A stretch of 64,000 bases of DNA from Patescibacteria group bacterium (GCA_019428855.1 JAHYJV010000001.1:14885-78884), one strand, 5' to 3'; counted from the stretch's first letter, positions 43,540-54,400 are shown. The notes: generated by a model not told the origin, from the letters alone. Numbers and translations: made by a program.

Positions 43540-43598
43540 TTGACGCATTTTCTAAAACTATTATAATGTAATTAGCACTCTCGTAGTGCAAGTGCTAA
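43540..43598 (+). promoter_or_regulatory. promoter and CIRCE operator
   Basis: TTGACG-16-TATAAT, then TTAGCACTC-N9-AAGTGCTAA (43572-43598; one mismatch to CIRCE), just upstream of hrcA. Confidence 0.93.
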
Positions 43599-43614
43599 TC
43601 GGTCTAGAATAATT

Positions 43615-44358
43615 ATGGAAAGTCGGCAAGAAATTATATTGACTGCAATTATAAAGGAATATGTAAGTTCTGCAATTCCTGTCGGATCTTCGTTGATATT
43701 TGAAAAGTATAATTTGAATGTTAGCTCGGCTACGATTCGAGCGGAAATGATGGAGCTGGAAAATTGTGGATATCTGTATCAGCCCTATACTTCCGCAGGA
43801 AGAATTCCGACTGATCAAGGATTTCGATATTTTGTGGATGAGTTGATGAAGGATAAAAAATTGACGCAAAAAGAGCAAAATTCTTTGCAGGTTGAAGTGC
43901 TGAAATTGAAAGCACAAAATAGGATGCTTGCTCGGACGACTGCGAAGTTACTTTCTCAGATGTCTGATAATCTGGCTGTGAGTGGTGTGATTGGCTCGGA
44001 TGATTTTCAAAAGGCTGGATTACAAAGACTTTTTTCCAAACCAGAGTTTCAAAATTCAGACAGTGTTTGTCGAGTTGCCGAAGTGCTTGATTATATCGAT
44101 GAGAGTATAGATGCTCTTTCGAATGAATTGAAAAATAAATCAGAAGTGGAAGTTTATATCGGCAAAGAAAATCCAATTTGTGCCGTGGATGAATGTAGTA
44201 TGGTTATTTCAAAATATTCGTTGGAAAGTGGTGAAGAGGGACTGCTGGCGATTATTGGTCCGAAGAGGATGAAATATTCCCATAATGTTTCTTTGATTGA
44301 TTATTTGAAAAAGCTACTGAGTGGAGGAGTTATGATAATTTTGATAATTTTGGTCTAG
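43615..44358 (+). CDS. hrcA: heat-inducible transcription repressor HrcA (short form)
   Basis: SSATIR, QPYTSAGRIPTDQGFRYFVD, IIGPKRMKY motifs. Confidence 0.95.
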   Translation: MESRQEIILTAIIKEYVSSAIPVGSSLIFEKYNLNVSSATIRAEMMELENCGYLYQPYTSAGRIPTDQGFRYFVDELMKDKKLTQKEQNSLQVEVLKLKAQNRMLARTTAKLLSQMSDNLAVSGVIGSDDFQKAGLQRLFSKPEFQNSDSVCRVAEVLDYIDESIDALSNELKNKSEVEVYIGKENPICAVDECSMVISKYSLESGEEGLLAIIGPKRMKYSHNVSLIDYLKKLLSGGVMIILIILV

Positions 44359-44392
44359 AATATTTAAATAATATAATCTTATAGTTTAAAAT

Positions 44393-44926
44393 ATGTCCAG
44401 CGAAAATAAAGAAAAAATGCAAAAAGAAAAGCAAAAAATATCTTCAAAAAAAGTTAATAAAGAAGTTGAAGAATATAAAAAAAAGGCGGAAGACAATTTG
44501 ATTTGTTGGCAGAGAACACAGGCTGATTTTCTCAATTATAAAAAAGATCAAGAGAAATATTTGGGCGAGTTTCGAAAGTATGCCAATGAAGATATTATTC
44601 TGAGCCTACTTCCAACAATTGACAGTTTTGTACTTGCGACTAATTATTTGCCAGATGATTTGAAGGATTCTGATTGGGTGAAAGGGATTTTGTGCATTAA
44701 GGGACAGTTTGATGGATTTTTGAAAGAAGTGGGAGTTGAGGAAATTAAATCCATGGGAGAAAAGTTTGATCCAAATTTGTTTGAATCGGTTGGCGAAGAA
44801 GAGTCAGACGAAGAAGAGGGAACAGTGGTTGTGGAAATTCAAAAAGGGTATAAGATGGCAGAAAAAGTGATTCGGCCGGCGAAAGTGAAAATTGCGAAGG
44901 GGAAAGAGGAGAAAGTGGAAAATTAA
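44393..44926 (+). CDS. grpE: nucleotide exchange factor GrpE
   Basis: RTQADFLNYKK, FDPN, QKGY...VIRPAKV motifs. Confidence 0.96.
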   Translation: MSSENKEKMQKEKQKISSKKVNKEVEEYKKKAEDNLICWQRTQADFLNYKKDQEKYLGEFRKYANEDIILSLLPTIDSFVLATNYLPDDLKDSDWVKGILCIKGQFDGFLKEVGVEEIKSMGEKFDPNLFESVGEEESDEEEGTVVVEIQKGYKMAEKVIRPAKVKIAKGKEEKVEN

Positions 44927-44930
44927 TTAG

Positions 44931-45054
44931 TTTGAATTAAGAAATATTAATTATCATTTCGTGGGAGTGATAACGATGAGAAATCTATCTATAAAATTAA
45001 GCTTACTCAGCCTACTTTCAGATTTCTCGATCATATCTCACTTCGAGATGACAG
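44931..45054. mobile_element. degenerate MITE/REP remnant
   Basis: Starts TTTGAATTAAGAAAT, ends CTTCGAGATGAC; right TIR absent. Confidence 0.55.
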
Positions 45055-45333
45055 TGAATATATATTTTTTCAATAAAATAAAAAAAGACGAAAAGTTTTA
45101 TGTTTAACTTTCCGACTGCAACATTTATCCTTTTTTTGTTTTCCGTACCCAATTATAGGTGCAGTCAAGATTGCATGTAGTGCCATATAAATTGTACTTA
45201 TGACAATACTAAGAATAATAATGTTTGGTATTTCTATAAGTAAAATGTTTTCGGTAAAATGGAAAAAATAAAATATGTCAGATGATTAACAGAAAAAAGA
45301 AGCCTTAAATAATTTAATAAATAATAAAAAAAT

Positions 45334-45510
45334 ATGTCAAAACTTTACAAATGTGCAAAAGGGTGTGGGAGTATTGAAGAAAGTGATGCGAAAAAAATCC
45401 CTACTTGTTGTAATGAGCCAATGGTTGAAACAAATGAAGAAGAATTATTCAGTTGTCCAGGTTGCGCTGGTTGTCACACTGGATGTGGAAGTACAAAAGA
45501 AGAAGCATAA
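45334..45510 (+). CDS. Cys-rich small metal-binding protein (58 aa), desulforedoxin-like N-terminus plus CxxCxxCxxxC tail
   Basis: MSKLYKCAKGCGSIEESDAKKIPTCCNEPMVETNEEELFSCPGCAGCHTGCGSTKEEA; below the ORF-track length cutoff. Confidence 0.75.
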   Translation: MSKLYKCAKGCGSIEESDAKKIPTCCNEPMVETNEEELFSCPGCAGCHTGCGSTKEEA

Positions 45511-45567
45511 AGTCAATTGTTAATACTATGTTTTTTTTAATCCTTAAGCTAAAAGGAGGTGATAAAT

Positions 45568-45999
45568 ATGGATATTATAAAATGGAGTCCCTTTGGGGAG
45601 ATGGATAAATTTTTTGCGGCGGAAGACTTTTTCCCAGTAATTCCGGCATTGTCCCGCAAGTCAAAACCAGCGATGGATATCTATCAAACCAAAGATAGTA
45701 TCGTAGCTGAGGTTGCATTGGCAGGAATCGATCCAAAAGATGTGGAAGTCTTAGTGGAAAATGATGTGCTTACGGTCAGGGGAGAGACAAGGAAAGAAAA
45801 AGAAACCAAAGAAAAAGACTATTACTGTAAAGAAATTAGATCTGGAAGTTTTACTCGTGCGATGAGTTTGCCTGTTCATGTGAAAGCAGAAAGTGCTCAA
45901 GCAGAAAGTAAAGATGGAATATTAATGATTACAATCCCCAAGGATGAAAAGAAAATGCTCAAGAAAATTCCGATTAAGATAGCTAACAAGAATAAATAA
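45568..45999 (+). CDS. Hsp20/alpha-crystallin small heat shock protein
   Basis: PAMDIYQ, EIRSGSFTR, DGILMITIPK; GGAGGTG RBS favours ATG 45568. Confidence 0.93.
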   Translation: MDIIKWSPFGEMDKFFAAEDFFPVIPALSRKSKPAMDIYQTKDSIVAEVALAGIDPKDVEVLVENDVLTVRGETRKEKETKEKDYYCKEIRSGSFTRAMSLPVHVKAESAQAESKDGILMITIPKDEKKMLKKIPIKIANKNK

Positions 46000-46123
46000 A
46001 ATGAATGAATTTGGAAAATTAGGAGACCGACCAAGTGCCGGCTCTCCAGAAGATGAAGTTGTGAAAACAGTTTTATCTTTTGGGGAGTTTGATTAAATTT
46101 AAATAAATTAATAATAAAAAAAT

Positions 46124-48064
46124 ATGGGTAAAATACTAGGAATCGATCTTGGAACAACAAACTCTGCGATGGCAATTGTCGAAGCAGGGGAACCAAGAAT
46201 ATTAGAAAATAAAGAAGGAAACCGAACTACACCTTCAATCGTAGCTGTGAATAAATCTGGAGAAAGACTTGTGGGAGTTGTGGCGAAAAGACAATCCGTC
46301 ACAAATCCTGAAAATACGATTTTTTCCGTGAAGAGATTGATTGGCAGAGGATTTGAGGATGAAGAAGTTCAAAGAGATTTAAAATTATTGTCATACAAAA
46401 TTACCAAGTCAAACGGTGGTGTGACAGTGAAAATCGGTGATAAAGAGCACACCCCACAAGAAGTTTCCGCTATGATTTTGCAAAAGTTGAAAGCGGATGC
46501 GGAGGAAAAATTGGGTGAGAAAATTACGGAAGCGGTGATTACTGTCCCAGCATATTTCAATGATTCTCAACGACAAGCAACCAAAGATGCTGGTAAAATC
46601 GCTGGCCTTGAGGTGAAAAGAATTATCAACGAACCAACAGCCGCAGCTCTGGCTTATGGTTTTAATAAAAAGAAAGACGAAAAAATTGTGGTTTATGATT
46701 TGGGAGGGGGAACATTTGATGTTTCAGTTTTGGAAGTCGGAGATGATGTCGTGGATGTAAAAGCGACAAACGGAGACACGCACTTGGGTGGTGATGATTT
46801 TGATCAAAGAATTATTAGTTGGATTGTGGATGAATTTAAAAAAGATCAAGGTGTTGACCTTTCCCAAGATGTAATGGCCTTACAAAGATTAAAGGAGGCT
46901 GCTGAAAAAGCAAAACATGAACTTTCGACATCTGTTGATACAGAGATTAATCAGCCGTTTATTAGTGTCGATGAAAATGGTCCAAAGCATTTGAATTTGA
47001 AATTGACCAGAGCGAAACTGGAAGAGCTTGTTGATGATTTAGTACAAGGAACACTTGTGCCATGCAAAAAAGCTCTCGAGGATGCGAAATTAAGCGTGGT
47101 TGACATTAATGAAGTAATTTTAGTTGGTGGGATGACAAGGATGCCTATTATTCAAGAAACCGTAAAGAAATTTTTCGGAAAGGAACCACATAAGGGTATT
47201 AATCCTGATGAAGTCGTGGCTCTGGGAGCTGCAATTCAAGGTGGTGTTTTAGCAGGTGATGTAAAGGATGTTTTGCTTTTGGATGTGACTCCACTTTCAT
47301 TTGGAATCGAAACTCTTGGTGGAGTTTCTACAAAATTAATTGAAAGGAATACGACAATTCCAACGGCAAAGACTCAAATATTTTCAACCGCCGCAGATAA
47401 CCAGCCGTCAGTTGAAATTAATGTTATTCAAGGTGAAAGGGAAATGGCAGTTGATAATAAGTCTTTGGGAAGATTTATCTTGGACGGAATTCCACCTTCA
47501 CCAAGAGGATTGCCACAGATTGAGGTGACATTTGATATTGATGCAAACGGAATTTTAAATGTCAAAGCAAAAGACAAAGCCACGAACAAAGAACAGTCAA
47601 TACGAATTGAAGCTTCATCTGGGCTTTCCAAAGAAGAAATTGAAAAAATGACAAAGGATGCAGAGATTCATGCTGAAGATGATAAGAAAAAAAGAAAACA
47701 GAATGAAGTGAAAAATAGTGCCGATACACTTGTTTATTCTACGGAAAAACTTTTGCGAGATTCTGGAGATAAAATTAAGGAAGAAGACAAGAAATCAGTT
47801 GAAGAAAAGGTAGAGGCTTTAAAAAAAATTAAAGATGGTGAAGATTTTGAAGCTATTGAAAAAGCTTCAGAAGAGCTTTCGCTTGAAGCTCAGAAAATTG
47901 GAACTGCTATGTATCAACAGGCTCAAGAAAGCGTGGATGCCGAGAAGGCTAAAAAAGAAGAAGCTGATAAAGGTCCTGTAGAAGGGGAGTTTGAAGAAGT
48001 GCAAAATGAAGAGAAGAAAAGTGACGAGCAGACCAAAAAAGATGATGACAGTGAAAAGAAATAA
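46124..48064 (+). CDS. dnaK: chaperone DnaK
   Basis: [32 protein letters not shown] motifs. Confidence 0.99.
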   Translation: MGKILGIDLGTTNSAMAIVEAGEPRILENKEGNRTTPSIVAVNKSGERLVGVVAKRQSVTNPENTIFSVKRLIGRGFEDEEVQRDLKLLSYKITKSNGGVTVKIGDKEHTPQEVSAMILQKLKADAEEKLGEKITEAVITVPAYFNDSQRQATKDAGKIAGLEVKRIINEPTAAALAYGFNKKKDEKIVVYDLGGGTFDVSVLEVGDDVVDVKATNGDTHLGGDDFDQRIISWIVDEFKKDQGVDLSQDVMALQRLKEAAEKAKHELSTSVDTEINQPFISVDENGPKHLNLKLTRAKLEELVDDLVQGTLVPCKKALEDAKLSVVDINEVILVGGMTRMPIIQETVKKFFGKEPHKGINPDEVVALGAAIQGGVLAGDVKDVLLLDVTPLSFGIETLGGVSTKLIERNTTIPTAKTQIFSTAADNQPSVEINVIQGEREMAVDNKSLGRFILDGIPPSPRGLPQIEVTFDIDANGILNVKAKDKATNKEQSIRIEASSGLSKEEIEKMTKDAEIHAEDDKKKRKQNEVKNSADTLVYSTEKLLRDSGDKIKEEDKKSVEEKVEALKKIKDGEDFEAIEKASEELSLEAQKIGTAMYQQAQESVDAEKAKKEEADKGPVEGEFEEVQNEEKKSDEQTKKDDDSEKK

Positions 48065-48116
48065 ATAATTCAATTGGCTCCATATTCTGCTGTGGAGTCT
48101 TTTGTGATTTAGTTTC

Positions 48117-48150
48117 AAAAAACAGCGACTGTCTTTGTCGTTGTTTTTTT
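48117..48150. terminator. bidirectional intrinsic terminator after dnaK
   Basis: AAAAAACAGCGAC / GTCGTTGTTTTTTT; a second hairpin at 48076-48103. Confidence 0.7.
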
Positions 48151-48220
48151 GATGAAAAAGTCTTGCTAAAGGTTTTATATTAAAATGTTGAAGTATATGT
48201 TTCCGTGGTGTTTAATACAT

Positions 48221-48391
48221 TTAATATAATATAAAATTTTTAATTGGTTCAAACCAACCTTCTCTTAAACCAGCTTTGATGAATCCAGCGAGAAGAAGAA
48301 AAACTAGCACTTGCATAAACCGATTAGCTGCTTTTGTTGGTAAAGGTTTGCCAACATAGGCTGAGGTGCTATTCCATTTGGACTTTGACAT
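48221..48391 (-). CDS. antisense small membrane protein (56 aa, MSKSKWNSTSAYVGKPLPTKAANRFMQVLVFLLLAGFIKAGLREGWFEPIKNFILY)
   Basis: Clean ORF with one hydrophobic helix, converging on the dnaK terminator. Confidence 0.5.
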   Translation of the reverse strand: MSKSKWNSTSAYVGKPLPTKAANRFMQVLVFLLLAGFIKAGLREGWFEPIKNFILY

Positions 48392-48566
48392 ATGGTTAGT
48401 AAGTTAGATTATTATATAATATTCATAGTAGACAAGTACCTTTACTTTACTGGAAAAAGGGAGAATTGACAAGAGTTATTTTTTATACTAAACTAATCGT
48501 AGTAATTTCCATTGAAATCTATATAAATAATGATAGATTAATGATGTGGAATAAAAGAGGGATAAA

Positions 48567-48701
48567 ATGAGTAAAATAATAATAAAAGATAAAATTGAAG
48601 ATAATAGAAGAAAACGGAATCGCGCAGGCGATCCGTACCCAGAAGACCTTATTGCAAGGTCAAATAGGGAAGTAGTTTTATATATGGGGGATCGGCAATA
48701 A
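48567..48701 (+). CDS. small hypothetical ORF (44 aa)
   Basis: AGAGGG RBS-like site, MSKIIIKDKIEDNRRKRNRAGDPYPEDL...; terminator-like CAGC-N5-GCTG plus T-run at ~48804-48825. Confidence 0.35.
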   Translation: MSKIIIKDKIEDNRRKRNRAGDPYPEDLIARSNREVVLYMGDRQ

Positions 48702-48962
48702 GTAAGAGAAGAAAGGGAATTATAAAGAAATTGAATATCAAAAAAAGATTATTCTGCTTATAGTTCTCTCTTCTTCTCTGAAAACTTTTTTAAACAGAAA
48801 ATCGCAGCTGTTGGCTGTTTTTTTTGTTTTGGTAAATTTTAGAATGGCAAATTATGGAGGAAACTGTGGATAGAGGTTATTTGTCAAAAAGTAAAAAAGG
48901 GAGCATACTAAAAGTTAAGAAAGGGTTGTTTTCTTATGTTAAATCAATAAATAGATAATTCT

Positions 48963-49316
48963 ATGAAAATACAACGAGCAAAAAATCCAAAGGCTCTTAC
49001 TGGTTTTGAGCAGATGCATTTGCCTTGGATTTCATTTCCTGAATTTATTAAGATTGGAGAGGAATTTGATTTGGTCGTGAAAATTGGAGAAGTTTCTCAT
49101 CCCATGACTAGTGAACATTATATCAGATGCATTCGGCTTTATATTAATGAAGAGCAATTTGAATGCCAGATTTTAAAAGACAAAAAGAAAGCACAAGCTG
49201 ATTTTAAAATTAAGCTTGAAAAGGATTCTACTATTACCGTTGTGACGGAATGTAATTTTCACGGAGCATGGGAAGCCAAGAAGAAAATTATTTTATATCG
49301 TGGAAACGGGGAATAG
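48963..49316 (+). CDS. superoxide reductase-like (class II SORL / neelaredoxin-type) protein
   Basis: EQMHLP, HPMTSEHYI, CNFHGAWE supply the 4His+Cys iron ligands. Confidence 0.85.
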   Translation: MKIQRAKNPKALTGFEQMHLPWISFPEFIKIGEEFDLVVKIGEVSHPMTSEHYIRCIRLYINEEQFECQILKDKKKAQADFKIKLEKDSTITVVTECNFHGAWEAKKKIILYRGNGE

Positions 49317-49513
49317 GTTTTTTTAGTGTAAAAAATATTGCCAAGCATTTTACTCTGAGCAGGCCGACAATTTCTCATCATCTACATTTAATGAAGTGGT
49401 CTAGACTTTTGGTTTCAAGAAAAGATGGTCAAGAGGTTTATTATTTTTTTAATACGCATTATGTAAAAAAATTTATGAAAGTAATTAATGATAGTTTAAA
49501 TTCTTGTTACTGA
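49268..49513 (+). pseudogene. ArsR/SmtB family regulator lacking a normal N-terminus
   Basis: SVKNIAKHFTLSRPTISHHL...SRKDGQEVYY HTH; overlaps the end of the SOR-like gene. Confidence 0.7.
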
Positions 49514-49567
49514 ATGTTTATTAAAAAAATATTTAATGTATATAATTTATTGGTAATCTTATAAAAT

Positions 49568-51418
49568 ATGACAAAAAAGAAAATTATTATAATCATAGTT
49601 GTCTTAGTAATTTTGATAATTGCTTTTTTGGGTTTTTCAAAAAAACCAGAAGTGAAATATACCACAGTAAAAGTTGAGCAAGGGTTTGTTTTGCAAACTG
49701 TTTCAGCGACCGGAACGGTGGAGGCGGCGACCAAGCTTGATTTACGATTTGTAAATTCTGGAAAAATTGAGCAGATTAATGTGAAAGTGGGAGATAAGGT
49801 GGAAAGTAAAACGGTTCTGGCACAGCTTGATACAAGTCAATTAAATTCTCAACTTGCTAGGTCAAAGGCTAGCTTGAGTGCTGCCAATGCTAATTATAAT
49901 AAACTCGTTACCGGAGCAATCGCCGAGGATTTACAGATTTCTCGAACGGCCGTTGATAATGCCCAGATTACTTTGAATAGTGCTAATCAAAATTTGGCGG
50001 ATGTTCAAATTGGTGGACAAAAGGATATTGATAACTCCAGTTCGTCGTTAAATAGCACACAAGTGTCGCTTGATAATGCTAATTTAAGTTTAGAAAATGT
50101 TAAAATTTCTAATGAAAATAATCTCAATCAAGACTATGACGATGCTTGGGATGTGGTCAATTCTTCGCTTTTGACGATGTTTGATGCTTTAAATACAAAT
50201 AAAACCACGCTTGATTATGAAGATGCACAAGATACTTTGAGCGTGCTCAATACTCAATATCTCAATTATTCATCTCAAAGTAAGATTGTGGCTCAGAATT
50301 CATATAATGATGCTCGGGATTATTTAGATAGTATGCGAGATAATCGATCTTTTGAGAATATTGATGAAGCTCTTTTGAAAACAAAAAATGCCCTTGAAGA
50401 TGTGAGAGATACTTTGGGCGACACTGGCAATGTTTTGAGTTCAACTATTACTTCTTCACAGCTTTCACAGACTGAATTAGATTCTTTGAAATCTAGCATT
50501 TCATCATCTAGAGCAAGCATAAATACGACTATTTCTAATGTTACAACTGCAACTCAGAATATAGCCACTCAAAAAGTAGCAAACCAAACCAATCTCAATA
50601 ATGCCCAAGCCACCGTGAGTTCTGCTGAAAGCTCCTTGACTGTGGCCAACAATTCTTTATCGGCTGTCAAATCTTCTGTCGACATTAAAATAAATGCAGC
50701 ACAAAATACCATTAAATCGGCCGAAGGAGCTTTGAAACAGGCACAAGATCAGTTGGCTTTTAAGATGGCAGGTCCGAGTTCTTCTGATATGCAATTATAT
50801 CGAGCTCAAATTCAAGAAGCACAAGCAAGTGTAAATATGATTCAGAGTCAAATTAATGATTCAATTTTGTATGCACCGCGAGATGGCGTTATAACTGTGA
50901 TAAACGGGGAAATAGGGGAGGCTGTTAATTCAGCAATGACATTTATCTCTTTGATAACTGACGAGAATTTTGAAATTAAGGCTAATATTTCTGAGGTTGA
51001 TATTTCAAAAATAAAAATCGATGATGTCGTTGAAATTAATTTTGATGCTCTTGATCCTGATGAGAAGTTTGAAGGAACAGTTGTCAGTATTGATCCAGCG
51101 GAAACAGTAATTTCAGGAGTGATATATTATAAATTGACCACGATGTTTACAGGTGATGGAAAAATTATTAAACCTGGAATGACTGCTAATCTTGATATTA
51201 TGACTGCGAGAAAAGATAATGTGGTAAAAATTCCTTTTCAAGCTCTCAAGAATAAGGATGGGCAGAAATATGTGCAAGTTCTTGAAGGCGAAGTGGCTCG
51301 TGATGTTATTGTCGAAGTTGGACTTCGGGGAGATCTTGATTTGGAAATTACAAGCGGATTACAAGTGGGACAAGATGTGGTGACTTTTATGGAAGAATAT
51401 AAAAGAAAACAACCATAA
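49568..51418 (+). CDS. efflux adaptor (MacA/HlyD-like) with long coiled coil
   Basis: N-terminal TM, VSATGTV, lipoyl half motifs, ISEVDI, KPGMTA, GLQVG. Confidence 0.9.
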   Translation: MTKKKIIIIIVVLVILIIAFLGFSKKPEVKYTTVKVEQGFVLQTVSATGTVEAATKLDLRFVNSGKIEQINVKVGDKVESKTVLAQLDTSQLNSQLARSKASLSAANANYNKLVTGAIAEDLQISRTAVDNAQITLNSANQNLADVQIGGQKDIDNSSSSLNSTQVSLDNANLSLENVKISNENNLNQDYDDAWDVVNSSLLTMFDALNTNKTTLDYEDAQDTLSVLNTQYLNYSSQSKIVAQNSYNDARDYLDSMRDNRSFENIDEALLKTKNALEDVRDTLGDTGNVLSSTITSSQLSQTELDSLKSSISSSRASINTTISNVTTATQNIATQKVANQTNLNNAQATVSSAESSLTVANNSLSAVKSSVDIKINAAQNTIKSAEGALKQAQDQLAFKMAGPSSSDMQLYRAQIQEAQASVNMIQSQINDSILYAPRDGVITVINGEIGEAVNSAMTFISLITDENFEIKANISEVDISKIKIDDVVEINFDALDPDEKFEGTVVSIDPAETVISGVIYYKLTTMFTGDGKIIKPGMTANLDIMTARKDNVVKIPFQALKNKDGQKYVQVLEGEVARDVIVEVGLRGDLDLEITSGLQVGQDVVTFMEEYKRKQP

Positions 51419-51475
51419 GGCTGTTTTGAGGTTTATATTTATTTGTTGCTAGATAATGAGAGATTATTTTGCTCA

Positions 51476-51621
51476 TTATTTAGAAAGAGCTTTTCTTGAA
51501 CTTTCACAAACAGAACATTCTTTTTGGTCAAGTATAACCTTTGAATCTTTTGGCAGATCGTTTTTTATTATTCCCCGTCCGCCACATACATCACATTTTT
51601 TGTAGTGCTTTTCTCATCCAT
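51476..51621 (-). pseudogene. frameshifted DnaJ-type zinc-finger mini-protein
   Basis: GGAGGGG RBS, MDEKSTT, then after an A6 run KCDVCGGRGII...ECSVCESSRK*. Confidence 0.55.
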
Positions 51622-51712
51622 TGAAATAACCCCTCCTTTTTGATTTTATGTATAAAGAGTTTATCATAAATCCTATAGATGTTAATATTTGGAAATAAAA
51701 AAAGGAGAATAA

Positions 51713-52112
51713 CTATTTATTGTTTAATTTATAATTCTTCAAATTTTTTTCTACTGGTTTGGGGATCATATTTGTTTCGCCATTAATTATTTTGGTAACA
51801 TCCCTTACTAGTATTCTTTGACAAATTCTTTCTCCTAGACTAGTACAAGTCTGAATGCATAGAATTACCAAATCTTTTGGATTCAAGAAAATTGTTTGCC
51901 TTAACAACACTGTGGGGCAAGTCGACAATGAATCACAAGCCGAAAATAGTTTACAGTAAGTTACTTCTCCAAGTGGGCATTCATTTTAAACCAACTATAG
52001 TTTTTATATGCCTAGCAAAACTGCAGTCGGTTCGTTGATGGCATGTTTATATATGGTCTCCACTGTTTTCGCATTTTGTTATGCAATTACAATCATCAAC
52101 CCATTTTGTCAT
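51713..52112 (-). pseudogene. Cys-rich hypothetical gene with internal stop and frameshift
   Basis: GAGGA RBS, MTKWVDDCNCITKCENSGDHI*TCHQRTDC..., then in another frame ECPLGEVTYCKLFSACDSLSTCP..., joining the 51713-51928 ORF. Confidence 0.45.
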
Positions 52113-52257
52113 ATTTATTCCTCGTGTTATTTTAGGCTTGTATACCTTAATAACTTTTGTAATATTATCAAAAGTTTAATATAAAAAAAATATAAATGTT
52201 AATGTCAATGTCTTGTCGCGGTTTAACTATTTCTACTAGTTATTTAATATTAAATTT

Positions 52258-52983
52258 ATGTCAATTTTAATTAGAACTCAAAATCTTGCAAAAGATTATG
52301 TCACTGGCGACATTATAACCAGCGTCTTGAAGGGGGTTTCTTTTGAAATTCAGCAAGGGGAGTTTGTTTCTATTATGGGTTCATCGGGATCTGGGAAATC
52401 AACCTTGATGTATATTTTGGGATTTTTAGATATGCCGACCAGTGGAGCATATTTTTTTGAGGGTTTAGATACATCAAAACATGACGAGGATAGGTTGGCA
52501 GAATTTCGTAATGAAAAAATTGGTTTTATATTTCAGTCATATAATTTGCTTCAAAGAACATCAGTTTTAGATAATGTTCTTTTGCCATCGACATATTATG
52601 TGGGGGGTGATTTAAAGAAAGCCGAAGTCGAAGCACGAAAACTTTTAGAAAGAGTAGGACTGGGTCATAGGATTGATCACAGACCGAATCAGCTCTCAGG
52701 TGGTGAACAACAAAGAGTTGCCATTGTTCGTGCTTTAATAAATAATCCACAATTGATTCTGGCTGACGAGCCAACTGGAAATTTGGACAGTAAATCTGGA
52801 GAAGAGATTATGGATATTTTGCAGGATTTAAACAAGGAAGGAAAAACTATCATTATGGTAACCCACGAGCAATATACAGCAGAATGTGCAAAAAGAATCT
52901 TACACATCAAGGATGGTTTGATTATTAGTGATGACAGAGTCGGCTCACAAAGATTGGCAGTTAATGGAGATTTTAAAAAGTAG
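52258..52983 (+). CDS. ABC transporter ATP-binding protein (MacB/LolD-like)
   Basis: [34 protein letters not shown]. Confidence 0.95.
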   Translation: MSILIRTQNLAKDYVTGDIITSVLKGVSFEIQQGEFVSIMGSSGSGKSTLMYILGFLDMPTSGAYFFEGLDTSKHDEDRLAEFRNEKIGFIFQSYNLLQRTSVLDNVLLPSTYYVGGDLKKAEVEARKLLERVGLGHRIDHRPNQLSGGEQQRVAIVRALINNPQLILADEPTGNLDSKSGEEIMDILQDLNKEGKTIIMVTHEQYTAECAKRILHIKDGLIISDDRVGSQRLAVNGDFKK

Positions 52984-53056
52984 TCAGTATTAAGTATCAA
53001 TTATTAAGCAAGACGACATCGGTACTACTTTATACTTGATACTCGTTACTTTTTTT

Positions 53057-54289
53057 ATGAACATAGCTCAAACTATTAAATCATCTCTTGTAAATTTAGC
53101 CGTAAACAAATTTCGGTCTTTTTTGACGATGTTAGGAATGATTATTGGAGTTGGTTCTGTAATTGCAATAATGTCCATTGGAGCAGGAGCACAAAGTTTG
53201 ATTTTTAATGAAATTACATCCTTCGGCACAAATTTAGTTGGAGTTATTCCGGGAGGAAGTGAAGAGGGTGCTCCTCCAGCTGCGATGATGGGTGTTATGA
53301 TAACTACTCTAACTTATGAAGATGCGAAGGCAATTGGCAATATTCCCCATATTCTGGCTGTAACACCCTATTCCAATGGGAATGCTAATCTTTCTTATGG
53401 TGACAAAACGAAAAATGCAGGTTTTGTGGGAGTTTCCTCACAATATCTTGGAGTAGAAGAAAACAAAGTCAGTCAAGGCCGATTTATTTCTGCCGCGGAA
53501 GACGAAAGCACCACGAGGATTGTCGTTTTAGGTTCGGAGATTAAAGAAGCTTTATTCGGTGAAAATAATCCTATAGGAGAGAGAATTAAAATAGATCAAA
53601 CAAGTTTTGTGGTTGTGGGAGTTATGGAGAAAAAAGGTTCTTCTTTAGTAGCAAATAGAGATAAGAATGTTTTTATTCCTGTAAAAACGGCACAGAAAAC
53701 TTTGCTAGGAGTTAATCATGTTGGACTGATTAGAGTGAAAATTGATGATGAAAAAAAAGCACCTCTAGTAATTAGTGAAATAAAAAAGCTTTTGCAACAG
53801 AGACATAATATTAAAGACCCTAAGAAAATTGATTTCACAGTTCAGAGTATGAGCCAGGCACTTGATATGATTGGAACGGTGACGGATGCCTTGAACGCAT
53901 TTCTGGGTGCAATCGCGGCAATTTCACTTTTGGTTGGGGGAATTGGAATTATGAATATTATGCTTGTAAGTGTAACAGAAAGAACCAGGGAAATTGGACT
54001 TCGAAAGGCATTGGGTGCAAAAAGAAAAAATATCATAAGTCAATTTTTGACTGAGTCGATTGTCATTACTTTTATAGGTGGTTTGATTGGTATCGTTGGA
54101 GGTTCTCTTTTTGCAGCTATTATTGCTGTAGGTGTGCAATATTGGGGATATGATTGGGATTTAGTAATTACTTCTTTTTCTGTAATTCTTTCTTTTTCTA
54201 TCGCAGTTATAATTGGACTTCTTTTCGGAATTTATCCTGCTAAAAAAGCGGCTAGTCTCAATGCAATTGAAGCACTAAGACATGAATAG
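53057..54289 (+). CDS. ABC transporter permease (MacB-like)
   Basis: RSFLTMLGMIIG, GGIGIMNIMLVSVTERTREIG, YPAKKAA; ATG 53057 preferred. Confidence 0.95.
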   Translation: MNIAQTIKSSLVNLAVNKFRSFLTMLGMIIGVGSVIAIMSIGAGAQSLIFNEITSFGTNLVGVIPGGSEEGAPPAAMMGVMITTLTYEDAKAIGNIPHILAVTPYSNGNANLSYGDKTKNAGFVGVSSQYLGVEENKVSQGRFISAAEDESTTRIVVLGSEIKEALFGENNPIGERIKIDQTSFVVVGVMEKKGSSLVANRDKNVFIPVKTAQKTLLGVNHVGLIRVKIDDEKKAPLVISEIKKLLQQRHNIKDPKKIDFTVQSMSQALDMIGTVTDALNAFLGAIAAISLLVGGIGIMNIMLVSVTERTREIGLRKALGAKRKNIISQFLTESIVITFIGGLIGIVGGSLFAAIIAVGVQYWGYDWDLVITSFSVILSFSIAVIIGLLFGIYPAKKAASLNAIEALRHE

Positions 54290-54291
54290 AA

Positions 54292-54400
54292 TCTGGAGCT
54301 CAGACTTCAGCAAATAGTTCTTGGAGCTTAGACTTTAGTCTGTAAGATTCTGAAGTCTAGGATTTAATTCGTAATTTACAGGTTGAAACCTGAAATCCAG
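54292..54400. repeat. REP-like cluster related to 4952-5008
   Basis: GGAGCTCAGACTTCAG, GGAGCTTAGACTTTAGTCTG and inverted CAGGTTGAAACCTGAAATCC arms. Confidence 0.6.

Noticed and set aside
46022-46047. GC-rich hairpin between hsp20 and dnaK as an RNA thermometer
   Set aside because: Imperfect stem ~75 nt upstream of the start that does not cover an RBS; insufficient support.
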